A stretch of 64,000 nucleotides of DNA from an uncultured delta proteobacterium (GTDB lineage Bacteria > Myxococcota > Myxococcia > Myxococcales > 40CM-4-68-19), in the NCBI GenBank assembly GCA_903911145.1, contig CAIWCD010000001.1:1-64000 (forward strand), given 5' to 3'. Of the stretch, positions 19,201 to 27,200 are shown piece by piece. Position numbers and translations under genes: made by a program. Below the pieces are notes generated by a model. It was not told where the DNA came from. It worked only from the letters and a program-made list of their open reading frames with translations, and did not search any database. The number at the start of each line of letters is the position of its first letter. Within the stretch, counting starts at the first letter, position 1.

Positions 19201-19467
19201 GTAGTTGTGACCTGAATCGGTCATCAGGATCTTATAGCCGCCTCCGTCGAGCGTAATTCCGCTCGCGCCGAGCGTAAGCGCGGGAGTTCCGGCATATCCC
19301 GTACAATCGAGGTCAGAGGTCAGCGTTGTATTGACGGTCAGGACTGCGCCGCATGCTGGATTCGCGGCCAGGGACGCTGGAGACAGGAGCAGGACGACCA
19401 GCATTGAAAATGCCGGGAGCGCCCAACGCCACGATGCCGGAGAGCAGACCGATCTGGAATTGAACAT
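10252..19467 (-). CDS. Giant surface protein A (~3070 aa): signal peptide, right-handed beta-helix head, Big_1/invasin-like Ig stalk, MYXO-CTERM-like tail
   Basis: Likely start ATG 19467 (MFNSRS...LLLSPASLA|ANPACG). Asn/Gly/Thr-rich beta-helix repeats at ~15600-19370; repeated SGSGQ..PLVV.V.D.GNPV.G..VTF domains; DQGDGTYTAEL; tail GGGCSSSSEPTVLALLGILILAMCRSRR. Confidence 0.88.
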   Translation of the reverse strand: MFNSRSVCSPASWRWALPAFSMLVVLLLSPASLAANPACGAVLTVNTTLTSDLDCTGYAGTPALTLGASGITLDGGGYKILMTDSGHNYTAVYAKNQKNITIQNLTVDSNGAVSGTGIQIAEDSAGLSQNCSIINVSAKNRVTGIYSACDAQVITNVTATNGSTVNLELSGVGATLTGNTLTGGAIGLYLLSFTGALATSTTTLANAVIGMQLNTVGSSTASTTLDASGLTFSNPYQGVYGTNLTNVTLTKVTDVGPNPGYNSGVNYGINVSGTGVSVTNSSSQGRGYYGVAISAGGGGNTVINNVTASNCTQAGVFVTNSTSTSVTNSTVTASNNGFTLNTIGSALTFTGNTAQGNNIGVNLNTTTGVTLDNLAGSNLVQNSSYAELGASNATNLTISNWNLNGNNPSYNNTSNFLIAVSGSGIAVNTITSTAGGHYNGIWVIGPNSTIENVTLAVPPAGIALQVGTAVNDVIDNNVLGGGATALQINSASDPSNANVTITNNDFRGAITAMSISSTTNLTFDATTAHGSGNLFGSNLYAGISGNTNEHLTIRGVNVSGTLATYNNSNNYGVVINGDYTTIDHVTANSRGYGIQLAGGFNVVSNCVANNNVNDALYLLNSPQGGGAIASGNTLQNNGTAILFYNSYGGTATGNDFTNTNTAIYFNTMTAVTYDDHATPNNFTGTATGIYANYSSGVSISNLTLTGTGLYNGDNGLLLSASNIVVNNVVVTQKNTGMQLTGANPTVTNSSATHGRTGIYLAATTGGALSHVTLSNNTTYGLLLYNTNSGPSIDHLDVSNSAAGVNINTVTNWTFDGKDANGNSLGDTFAGDGTGIYLNGTNSGLVIADLDLSASSPNGYGVQGNLVGSTLRNINASNRSYGVSISGQSGLANDTLTNITADNCLTAGLFLANGLGYTVSGGSARNGTSGLVFGAASAMVVSGIDLTGSVIALTLQSGSSGLTIDNATAGLIFSGNTTGVYLNNAWAVSLSNMNLSLPSGAANYRQGYAILCQYCTQLTLNNVNGNGHNYGAFVAMSGFSPVGSISNSTFDNFNSAGLELAYMSNATVSNVTMKNGNGPGLFFQSYTGGLTMSGVSTSGSLQPISFGNPNSNILIDGAPVGLPANDFSGGTQGGITGSLTLGTIQNVDVSGPSSGGIGNGININGDGLYLSNVTADYRQNGIVVNGNNAQIYNSLVHGNSQYGIQLNGANGLVNNNRICFNASAGFNNASAHTVDATNNYWGTTTGPTVVNNPGGTGDLINGNVTVSPATTPATYYVADIPYSTSGSGCVSNLAARQFALSGVVSAAAGTAQTLTVTALDAFGFVAGSYSGTVHLRSGDGQAVLGGDAKLTNGVGQFAVTLKTAGSQYVVAQDTVTPQLYSQVTVQIAAGAPSSLALISGGGQSAAAGAALPNPFVIAAFDAYGNAAPNTPLSIASTHAGASAAPNSISTAATGLVSSYGTVSTVAGSSNFTVTSSAMNGYSLNIPATSLAGQTTLLTVTGLPSPTLVSGTTSTITVSAFDRYGNATTGYTGPVQFSSTDPRATLPGASALTNGVGAFPVTLRTAGSRTVYVSDVSYPGPSGNISTTVVNGNAAQIVLVSGSGQTPAVASAATAPMVVAVVDAAGNPVSGTNVTFAAATTGGSVGQPATVSTNAAGLAQDTVAVGTIVGVYSFTASSAGLVGSPVVMQANAQAGSAAKLVYISGSNQRGTVGAPLSAAFIVSTTDQYGNGVPNQNVTFAPSAAGTGSVSPSSVTSDGAGFASSVGTLGTTAGAEQFKVTAGFASNVVTYSATAIAGAATQLSYVSGSGQTGAVGSALANPLVVLVSDAYSNPVQGASVLFSASPSSGSANPAIVTSDASGQARSVATLATVAGSNTFSASSSGLTGSPVAISATGTAGPAAQLTVTGLPSPMTAGSTSNVTVTAVDRYGNVATDYTGPINFTSTDTRAALPSSSALTNGTGIFPITLRTAGLRTVTATDASFSTIAGSESTSVASSAAAQLLLASGSGQTATVGTAAAAPLVIQVVDSSGNPVGGTSVTFAAVTGGGSIAAPVTVTSSATGLAQAFATVGTIGGAYTFTATSTGLSGSPVALQVTAQSGAAAKLVYVSGANQNGTAGTALGAPLVVTTTDQYGNRVANQSVTFVAPANSGSASVSPSSVTSDGSGLAQTTATLGTVAGMQQFTATAAFASNTVNYPETANAGVAARISYVTSAAVSGSGQSGVAGSVLAKPLLASISDASGNPVQGVSVSFSALTAGASVNPSVVTSDANGQVQALASLAPVVGANSFNAAVAGLTNSPLTYSETGAAGSGTRLVLSGAPASIAAGTQFVVNATAYDGSGNKVTSFSGPVAFSSTDGAASFPSSPTLSNGAGIFNVVLKSAGTQAIALSDPNNVLASSSALVVVTAATASHIALVSGSGQSGAANSTLVQPLRVQVTDAYANPVAGKAIAFAAESGSIAPSSVPTDSQGFAQAFATLGSNDGATTYTATAPFGSAPTNTITFHEAVLSGTAVRLSVSGIPSPIAAGSASSVTIRALDGSGSVATSFTGNVILSSSDGAALLGIAAPLVQGVGVFAVTLNSVGTQSVTATSQNDSTISGTEGGIVVQAGAPVALVFTPQGSTSYTCGCRDLNLQLVDGAGNRVSNSFGNIQLATGGAAQITQTSLGELQGSLPAQSISGSLASNGSATVTVCDQVVETFQTTASQSALANAATQSLTILTGPLDATQSTLVSSTPTIESLDGVAHLTLTPRDSCGNAIGAGLTGVAMSAPSPAQVTAVVDQGDGTYTAELSATSCLAVGTSIQVTAQVNRILLQAPLTIAVSCAPVSPEKTSVALSATTVVRCDDESRDQVQITVVPRDAAGQPLGGDGAVSLDSAAGALAIGTFTRVGDAFVGSFTAFACSPNPIPVSVFANGVAVGPSDLTVTFTCPAIDPAHSGFQLDKTVLSPDGIAAATVSVIGMTTCGEAAHDREVTLSARLGKLLPATGTTNFAGTFVSQLTSVRSGTDQITGTIDGVTLTPATIKYQLTSARPGGGGCSSSSEPTVLALLGILILAMCRSRRLTLRRPLFHRGPR

Positions 19468-19701
19468 GACCGCCCTATATTCGGACGCGATGGATGCGGG
19501 CGTCCGCGAGTAATTCAGGCGGAAAGTTAATGGCTGCGCGTCAGGGAATCGCAACAAAAATGACAGGGCCGCCAACCGCGCGGGAACAACGCATTTGGCG
19601 CGACTCCGGCGAATCGCGGCGGATGCGTCGCTTCGGCTCTTCGATTCCGCGGAATGCAGCCGGGCCCCGAGGCGCAGCAGCGGCGCCCGGCTGGGTGACC
19701 A

Positions 19702-21219
19702 TTAAGGCTTGTGCGGCACCGGACGGGCCGCCTCCTCCGCAGCTGCAGCGCGATCCTGCGCGGCCTCCTCGGCCGAGAGGATGTGGAACTCGACGCGCCG
19801 ATTGCGCGCCTGGTTCGCTGGAGTGTCATTGGCCACGAGAGGACGCGTCTCGCCGTATCCCCGACTGGTCAGGCGCTCCACAGGAACTCCGTGAGCGACG
19901 AGCCACGCCATGACCGATTTCGCGCGGGCCTTGCTCAGCGCGAGATTGTGTTCGGGCGTACCGACGTTGTTGGTGTGCCCTTCAATCCGCAGGTGGGCGA
20001 TCTCCTGGTGCTCGACAACAACCGCGAGCACCGCCTGCAACAGCGATTCATTCGACTTCGCGAGAATGGCCGAATCGTTCTTGAAGGCGATCTGGTGCGG
20101 AATGCGGATCTGGTCGCCGATCACCACGACCTTCTTCACGGTGGGCGGCGGCTTGGGCAGCGGCGCAGGAGGTGGAGGCGGCGCAGGAGGCAGGGCTGGA
20201 CAGATCGGTGCCGGGGGTGGAGGCGGAGGAGGAGCGGGTTTGGGGATCTCGGGACACTGCGCCGCCTCGCGCGGCGCCGATGCGCTCTGCTCGAGGCGCG
20301 CAGTGCTGGATGCCTCGCGCGGCATCCACGCGAGCTGGAAGAGCGCACGGAACGCGGGCGAGCCCACACCCTGGGTCAGGCCCGGACCCGCGCCGAGCCC
20401 GACGTCGAGCTGGTCGGCGAGCCGGTAATGCGCGCCGAAGAGAAGTTCCGCAGGCGTCGTCTCGCGGTCGAACGCGCTGTGCGAGTAACCGAGCTGCGTG
20501 GCGAGGTGGAGTTCGGGTCCGACGAGCAGCTTCTCTTCGAGCGCACGCACGCCGAGCGCGAGGTCGAGCGAAATGACGTTGTCGTGCTGAAGCCCCGCGT
20601 ACTGATCGCGCAGACGCCGATATTCCCAACCGAACGCGCCGCTCCAGGAGAGGTCGCGCCACTCGCCGGCCGCACGCGCATGCGCGCCAATCCGCACGCG
20701 CCCGTCACCCGTGTATTGCGCGCGGCTGCCGACGGGGATGTGAACCTCTCCACCGAGCGCCAGCGAGATCAGCTCGCGATAGCCGCCGAGCAGGCGCACG
20801 TCTGCACTCACGCGAGGGTCGGCAAGAGAACCGTGCGTGGGCGACGGGAAGTCGACGCCCTGCACGCTCGCCGCGTCGCCGCCCTGGTAGAGCGCGACCG
20901 GGACGTCGATCGAGAGGCGCGCGCGGCTCAGGTAGAGGAACTGAACACCCAGATGCGTGGTCACCTGATCGCGCACGAGCGAATCGAGCGGCGCGCCCGC
21001 GGGCGAATAGAGAACGAGCGGCTTGTGCGCCCAGGCTGTGGTCAAGCCGACGCCGAGCTTGTGCTCGCCGCGAAAATCGAGCGAGTCGTTGGCGAACCAC
21101 TCGGCGCCCGGAGCGACCGGATCGTAGGAGTCGAGTGCGAATCCCTGCTGCTGCGCGTGGGCGGCACCGGCCGCGCCGAAGAGCGCAGCCAGACAGAGCG
21201 CGTTCGAGAGGCGCTTCAC
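19702..21219 (-). CDS. OmpA-family protein: N-terminal outer-membrane beta-barrel, Pro-rich linker, peptidoglycan-binding OmpA domain (TraB-like architecture)
   Basis: GTG 21219 overlaps the upstream TGA (GTGA). Signal VKRLSNALCLAALFGAAGAAHA; amphipathic beta strands; poly-Pro linker; IEGHT..NLALSKARA..GYGE..NRRVEF. Confidence 0.9.
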   Translation of the reverse strand: MKRLSNALCLAALFGAAGAAHAQQQGFALDSYDPVAPGAEWFANDSLDFRGEHKLGVGLTTAWAHKPLVLYSPAGAPLDSLVRDQVTTHLGVQFLYLSRARLSIDVPVALYQGGDAASVQGVDFPSPTHGSLADPRVSADVRLLGGYRELISLALGGEVHIPVGSRAQYTGDGRVRIGAHARAAGEWRDLSWSGAFGWEYRRLRDQYAGLQHDNVISLDLALGVRALEEKLLVGPELHLATQLGYSHSAFDRETTPAELLFGAHYRLADQLDVGLGAGPGLTQGVGSPAFRALFQLAWMPREASSTARLEQSASAPREAAQCPEIPKPAPPPPPPPAPICPALPPAPPPPPAPLPKPPPTVKKVVVIGDQIRIPHQIAFKNDSAILAKSNESLLQAVLAVVVEHQEIAHLRIEGHTNNVGTPEHNLALSKARAKSVMAWLVAHGVPVERLTSRGYGETRPLVANDTPANQARNRRVEFHILSAEEAAQDRAAAAEEAARPVPHKP

Positions 21220-24200
21220 GCCCGCACCGCGCCATTGCGACGCCCGCGCCGCAGCACGAGCAACAGGCCCGCAGCAAGAGCGAGCAGAGCAGGCTCGCCG
21301 CTCGACGTGCATCCACCGCCGCCCGGTCGAGCTGCGGTCAGCTCGTACTTGATCGTCACCGGAGCGAGAGCCACGCCGTCGATCGTGCCGCTGATCTGAT
21401 CGGTGCCGCTCTTCCTCGAGGTGAGATCGGAGAGGAACGTCCCGGCGACACTGGTCGTGCCGCTGGGCGGATGGAGCGTGCCCAGCTTGCTCGAGAGCAC
21501 CACTGCGCGATCGCGCGCGAACTCTCCGCAGCTGGTCACTCCCGCCACTGTGACCGTCGCGGAGTCTGCGCCGTCGGGCGCGATCGCGACCTTGTTGATC
21601 TGCAGCGCCGATTGCGACGGATCAATTGCCGGGCAGGTGAAGGTCACGCCGAGATCGGCCGCGCTGATGGCAACTCCGTTGACGAGCACGCGCACGGGCA
21701 CCGGAGCTGCGCCGCACGTCGAAGCGGTGAACGTGCCGGCGAATGCATCGCCCACGCGCGTGAGTGCACCAGCGACGATCGCGCCAGAAGTATCGAGCGT
21801 GACTGCCGCGTCGCTGCCGAGCGGCTGTCCTGCGGCGTCGCGCGGGACCACGGTGATCTGCACCTGATCGCGGGAGAGATCGTCACAGCGCACGACCGTG
21901 GTGGTCGAGACGGCGACACTCGACTTCTCCGGCGCGACCGGCACGCAGGAGATTGCGAGCGACAGCTGCGCGTCGAGGACCACGTTGTTGATCTGCGCAG
22001 TCACGGCCAGCGTCGTGCCCGTGCCTCCGCAGCTCGTCGCGGAGAGATCCGCGGTGTACGTGCCGTCACCCTGATCGATCACGGGAGTGAGGACGCCCGG
22101 GCTAGCGGCATGAAGCAGAACGCCGGCGAGCCGCGCCCCGAGCGGGTTTCCGCACGCATCGCGCGGCGTGAGCGTGAGGTGCGCGACGCCGTCGAGGCTC
22201 TCCAGCGTGGGCGTCGAGCTGGCGAGCGTGCTCTGCGCGACATCGAGCGGGCCGGTGATGATGGTGAGCGACTGGCTCGCATTCGAGGTGAGCGTCGACT
22301 GCGACGCGGTGACCTGCAGCGTCTCGACGAGGTTATCGCAGACCGTCAACGTCGCTGCGCCGCTGCCATCGAGCGCGCCGCTCACGCTCTGCGCGGGAAG
22401 CGTGGCCTGGATTCCGGAGAGGTTCGTCGCGCTGATCTGCGCGGCGCCGCCAACAGAGAGCTGCACGTTGGAGAGCGGACTCGCCACGATGTTGCCCGCC
22501 GCGTCGCGCAGCTGCAGCGCCAGATCGCGGCAGCCGCAGGTGAAGCTCGTCGGCCCCTGCGATGCGAGCAACAGCGCAGAGGGAGCGCCAGCCTGAACAG
22601 TGATGCCGTTCTCGTTGCCCACGATGGTTGCGTCGATGCGGCTCGCGGCGGAGATGCTCTGCGTTCCGGCGGTCATCAGCTGCACGGAGAAGGTGCCGAC
22701 GCCCTGCGCGAGCACCGCGTCCGCGCCCAGCTTGGCCTTGCTGTCGCTCGACGAGAGTGTGACGAGCCCCGCGAAGTCGACGACGACGTTGCCGCTGGCG
22801 TCGAGAGCCGTGACCGTGGCCTGCTGGATTGAGCCGGCGGTGACCGTGCTCGGCACGCCCGTCACAGAGAAGTGCGTTGCACCGCCCGGCTTGACCTCCT
22901 CGGAGAACGAGACGGGGTTGCCGGAGTTGAAGCCCGTGGCCGTCGCGGTGAACGTCTCCGCGCCAGGCGTGGCGCCGAGCGTCGCGATCGTCTGCGCGAA
23001 TCCCTGCGCGTCGGTGTTGATCGTCGCCGGGGAGACTGCCGCCGTCGAGGTCGACGTCTGCCGGAACTGTCGAGGAGCGCGCGAGGGACTCAAGCCCGGG
23101 GCTGCGAACGTCACCGCGTTGCCCTCGACGGGATTGCCGTACGCATCAGAGACCTGCACGCGCAGCGGCTGCGCCAGCGTCGAGCCTGGCGCTCCGCTCT
23201 GCGCGTCGCCCGAGATGATCGCGATATGCGCCGCAGCACCAGCCGAGACGACGACCAGCGCACTGGCGCTCGCGAGCGTGTGTGAGGGATCGGCAACCGC
23301 GAGCGTCTGCGTTCCGGCAGTCCTCAGCGCGAGGCTGAAAGTCGCGACGCCGTGAGAGAGCGCCGGGCTTGAGGGGAACTGCGCGCTCGAATCGGTCGAG
23401 GAGAACGTGACTGGTCCGCTGAACGACGTGACTGTGTTTCCGCTCACGTCGAGGGCCGTGACGGTGACGCTGAACACCGCGCCCGCGCTGCTCGAGAGAG
23501 GAACGCCGCTGAGAACAAGGCGCGTGCCGCTGCCCGGAGTCCCGGTCTCGCTGAACGCGACCGGCGATCCCGTCAGTCCGCCCACCGACGCGCTGAAGTT
23601 GTTCGTGCCCGTCGTCGAGGAGAGCGTCGCGAGTGCGCGCGCCTGGCCGCTCGCGTCGCTGGTCACGGTGGAGGGATTCACGCTCGCGCCCGCAGTGGTG
23701 GCCGCGAAGACGACCGAGACGCCCTGCACTGGATTTGCGTAGGCATCGCTAACCGCGACGAGCAGCGGGGCCGCGAGGACGCTTCCGGCCACGCCCGTCT
23801 GCGCGTTTCCGCTCACGTATGCCAGCTGCGTCGCGGCGCCAGCGAGTGCCGTGGAGTCGTAGGTGACCACGTTGCTCGCGAACCCCGCCGAGACCCTGAA
23901 CTGCTGCGCGCCTGCGACGGTGCCGAGCGTCGCGATCGCTGAGGCGAGCCCTGCGCCGTCGCTGCTGACCGTCGTGGGCGAGATGGAGCCAACGCCAGCC
24001 GCGCTCGGCGCAAACGTGACGCTCTGATTTCCGACGCGGTTGCCATATTGATCGGTCGTGCTGACGAGAAGCGCGCCGCTGAGCGCCGTACCGACCGTGC
24101 CGCGCTGGTTACCGCCGGAGATATAGACGAGCTTGCTCGCGGCGCCCGCCTGCGCGTTGACCTGCACGACCACGGGAGAGCCCGTGAGACCTGCGCTGGT

Positions 24201-27200
24201 CGCGATGAACGTGTATGCCCCGAGAAGAGTCCCGACTGTCGCGGTGTCCTGCGCGAGCCCCGCAACGCTCGTTGCCTGCGTGCTCGGAGAGCCGACCGAC
24301 GCGCCACTCGTCGTGGCGGCAAACGTGACGGAAGTGCCGGAGACGGGATTACCAGAGGCATCGACTGCTTCGACGACAATCGGCGCGCTCGCGGCAGTGC
24401 CGACCGTGGCGGTCTGGTTGCTCCCGGAGACGAGTACAAGCTGCGCCGCCGCGCCGCTCACCACGGTCGTGCTCTGGCTGCCGCTTGGCCCGGGATAAGC
24501 GAGATCGGAGACGGCGACAGAGCGCATACCCGCGGTGCGCAGAGTAATCGGGAACGTTCCCGTACCGTTCGTCAGCGCGCTGGCCGAGGGCAGCGTCGCG
24601 CGCGGATCGGTCGAGGTGAATTGAACCGGGCCGGTATAGCTGGTCGTCGCGTTGCTATATCGATCGAATGACGCCACGGTAATGGTGCTCGTGCTGCCCG
24701 CAACCATTGTCGGCGAGGCCAGTCCCGTGACCGTCAGGAGAGCGGGCGTTCCCGGCACGGCCGTCGCGGGGATATTCAGCGAGAAGCCCGAGATCGCGCT
24801 CGACGTCACGGTGAAGTTCGACGAGCCCGCGACCGTGCTGGCAATCGCGTTCGACGTCACCTGGCCCGTGCCGCCGGTCACCGTCGCATTGGGCGAGGCG
24901 CTCGCGCCGGCGTGCGATGAGGCAATCGCGACCGGCATATTCGGAACGGTATTTCCATAGGCATCAAATGCCTGCACAACGAACGGATTGGGGAACCCCG
25001 TACCAGCGGCCGCCGTTTGCCCGCCGCCCGAGACGAGAACGATTGATTGAGGCGCCGCAGGAGAGACCTGCACGGTGGCCTGCGAATAGAGCTGCGGCGT
25101 GACCTTATCCTCGGCAATGACATATTGAGAACCGGCCGTCTTGAACGTCACTGCGAAATACCCGACGCCGTTGGTCAACCGCGCGTCGGCACCGAGCACG
25201 GCCTGCGCGTCTGCAGAGCGCAGATGCACCGTGCCTGAATAGGACGAGGCGACCACACCGAACGCATCGAGGGCAGTCACAGTCAGCGTCTGCGCGGTTC
25301 CTGCTGCGGCAGAGACGACGCCGGAGAGAGCAAACTGCCGCGCCGCGAGGCTGGAGACACAACCAGAACCGGACGTCAGATAAGGCGCATATGCGACCAG
25401 CGTGGGATTGCCGCCGATCGCATCACCGGTACCGCCGACATTGGACGCAACAGTCGGTCCGTTCGTCGTTCCCCAGAAGTTGTTCGTCGCGTCGACCGTA
25501 TGCGCGGCGGCGTCATACAGACCGTCGGTCGCATTGAAGCAAACGCGGTTGTTATTCACCAACGCGTTCGTGCCGGTGATCTGCACTCCATATTGCGAGT
25601 TGCCGTGGATCAGCGAGTTGTAGATCTGCGCGTTGTTGCCCGCGACGCTGATGCCGTATTGGCGCGAGTTCGCCGTGACATTGGTGACGAACAATCCATC
25701 TCCGGAGATCGAGATTCCATATCCCAGCCCGCCCGAGGGCGGCCCGCTCACGTCGACGTTCTGGATGGTCCCGAGCGCGAGCGCTCCCGTGATTCCGTTC
25801 TGGACTCCGCCGCTGAAGTCGTTCGCCGGAAGACCCACGGGTGCGCCATCGATGAGCACATTGGAGTTCGGGCTGGAGAAGAAGATCGGTTGAACGCTCC
25901 CGCTGGTGCTGACTCCGGACATCGCCAGCGCTCCGGTATACGTCTGGAAGTATATGCCCGGTCCGTTTCCATTTCGCATCGTGACATTGGAGAGCGTCGC
26001 GTTGCTCATATTGGCCAACTCGACGCCCGCCGTGTTGAAGTTGTCGAATGTCGAATTGGTGATCGACGCGACAGGCGAGAAGCTGCTCATCGAGACGAAG
26101 GCACCATAGTTGTGCCCGCTGCCGTTGATATGATCGAGCGTCAACTGTGTGCAGGAAGAACAGCTGACGCCATACCCCTGCCGATAGCTCGGATCGCTCG
26201 ACGCCAGAGAGAGATTGATGTTCGACAGGGAGACGCCGTAGGAGTTGGTAATATAGACTCCCGTCGTATTTCCCGAGAAGGTAACGTTCGCCGTCGAGTT
26301 ATCGAGCGCAAGCCCGAACGAGATATCCTGCATGGTGATGGCCGTCAGGCTTCCTGTCAGGTCAATCCCTGAGATCGCCATCGCCGAGGCGCGATCAAAG
26401 ACGATGCCCGACGTGTCGTGGCGCGCGGTTCCTCCGGTGATCGTGAACCCGGTGCCGCTCTGCAACCAGAGGCCGTTGACGCAATTGTCTGCGTTGATAC
26501 CGGTCAGCGTCGTGTTGCCGATGCCGCCATTGCCGAGTAGTTCGACGCCGTAGAGGCGCCCGGTAACAACAAGATTGCTGACCGTCGAATTCGAGAGCCC
26601 CCAGCCAAGAAGCCCATAGCCGGTCTGGTTGGTCCCGCTGAGGTTGAAATCGGCGATGACCAACCCGCTGCTGCTATCGGTACGAATTGCCGTCGTGTCG
26701 CCAGTGAATACATCGCCGAGGTCGTTCCCGTTCACGTCGTGTCCATCGAACGACCAGTTCTGCGAAATGTAGATTTCGACGCCGACGGCGCAGTTCGATA
26801 CATCCATGTGATCGACCGCCGGACCGGACGAACTCTGGTTCAGCGTGAATCCGTTCCCCGCATTTCCGCTCAATACCGCGTGCGAGACCGTCCCTCCGGT
26901 TGCAGTGAAGAACGTGAGACCATTCGTCCCCTGCGTCGCCGAGACATTTGCGACCGTATTGCCCGCGCCGGAGAGATAGATCCCGTTGGACTTCTTCGAG
27001 ACGTGAACGTTGCTGACCGTAGTGACCGAGTTGTTGTTCGATTGCGGCACATAGACCCCGAAATCGCCGTTCAGCAGGCCGCTGCCAGCAAGCGTCAGAT
27101 TCTCAATCGTCGTCCCAGTCGAGCTCACGAGTTCGATCCCGGTAAACGTGCCCGTAAACGTATTCGTCGTCGCCGCATCGTCGTAGGTGAACCCGTTCAC

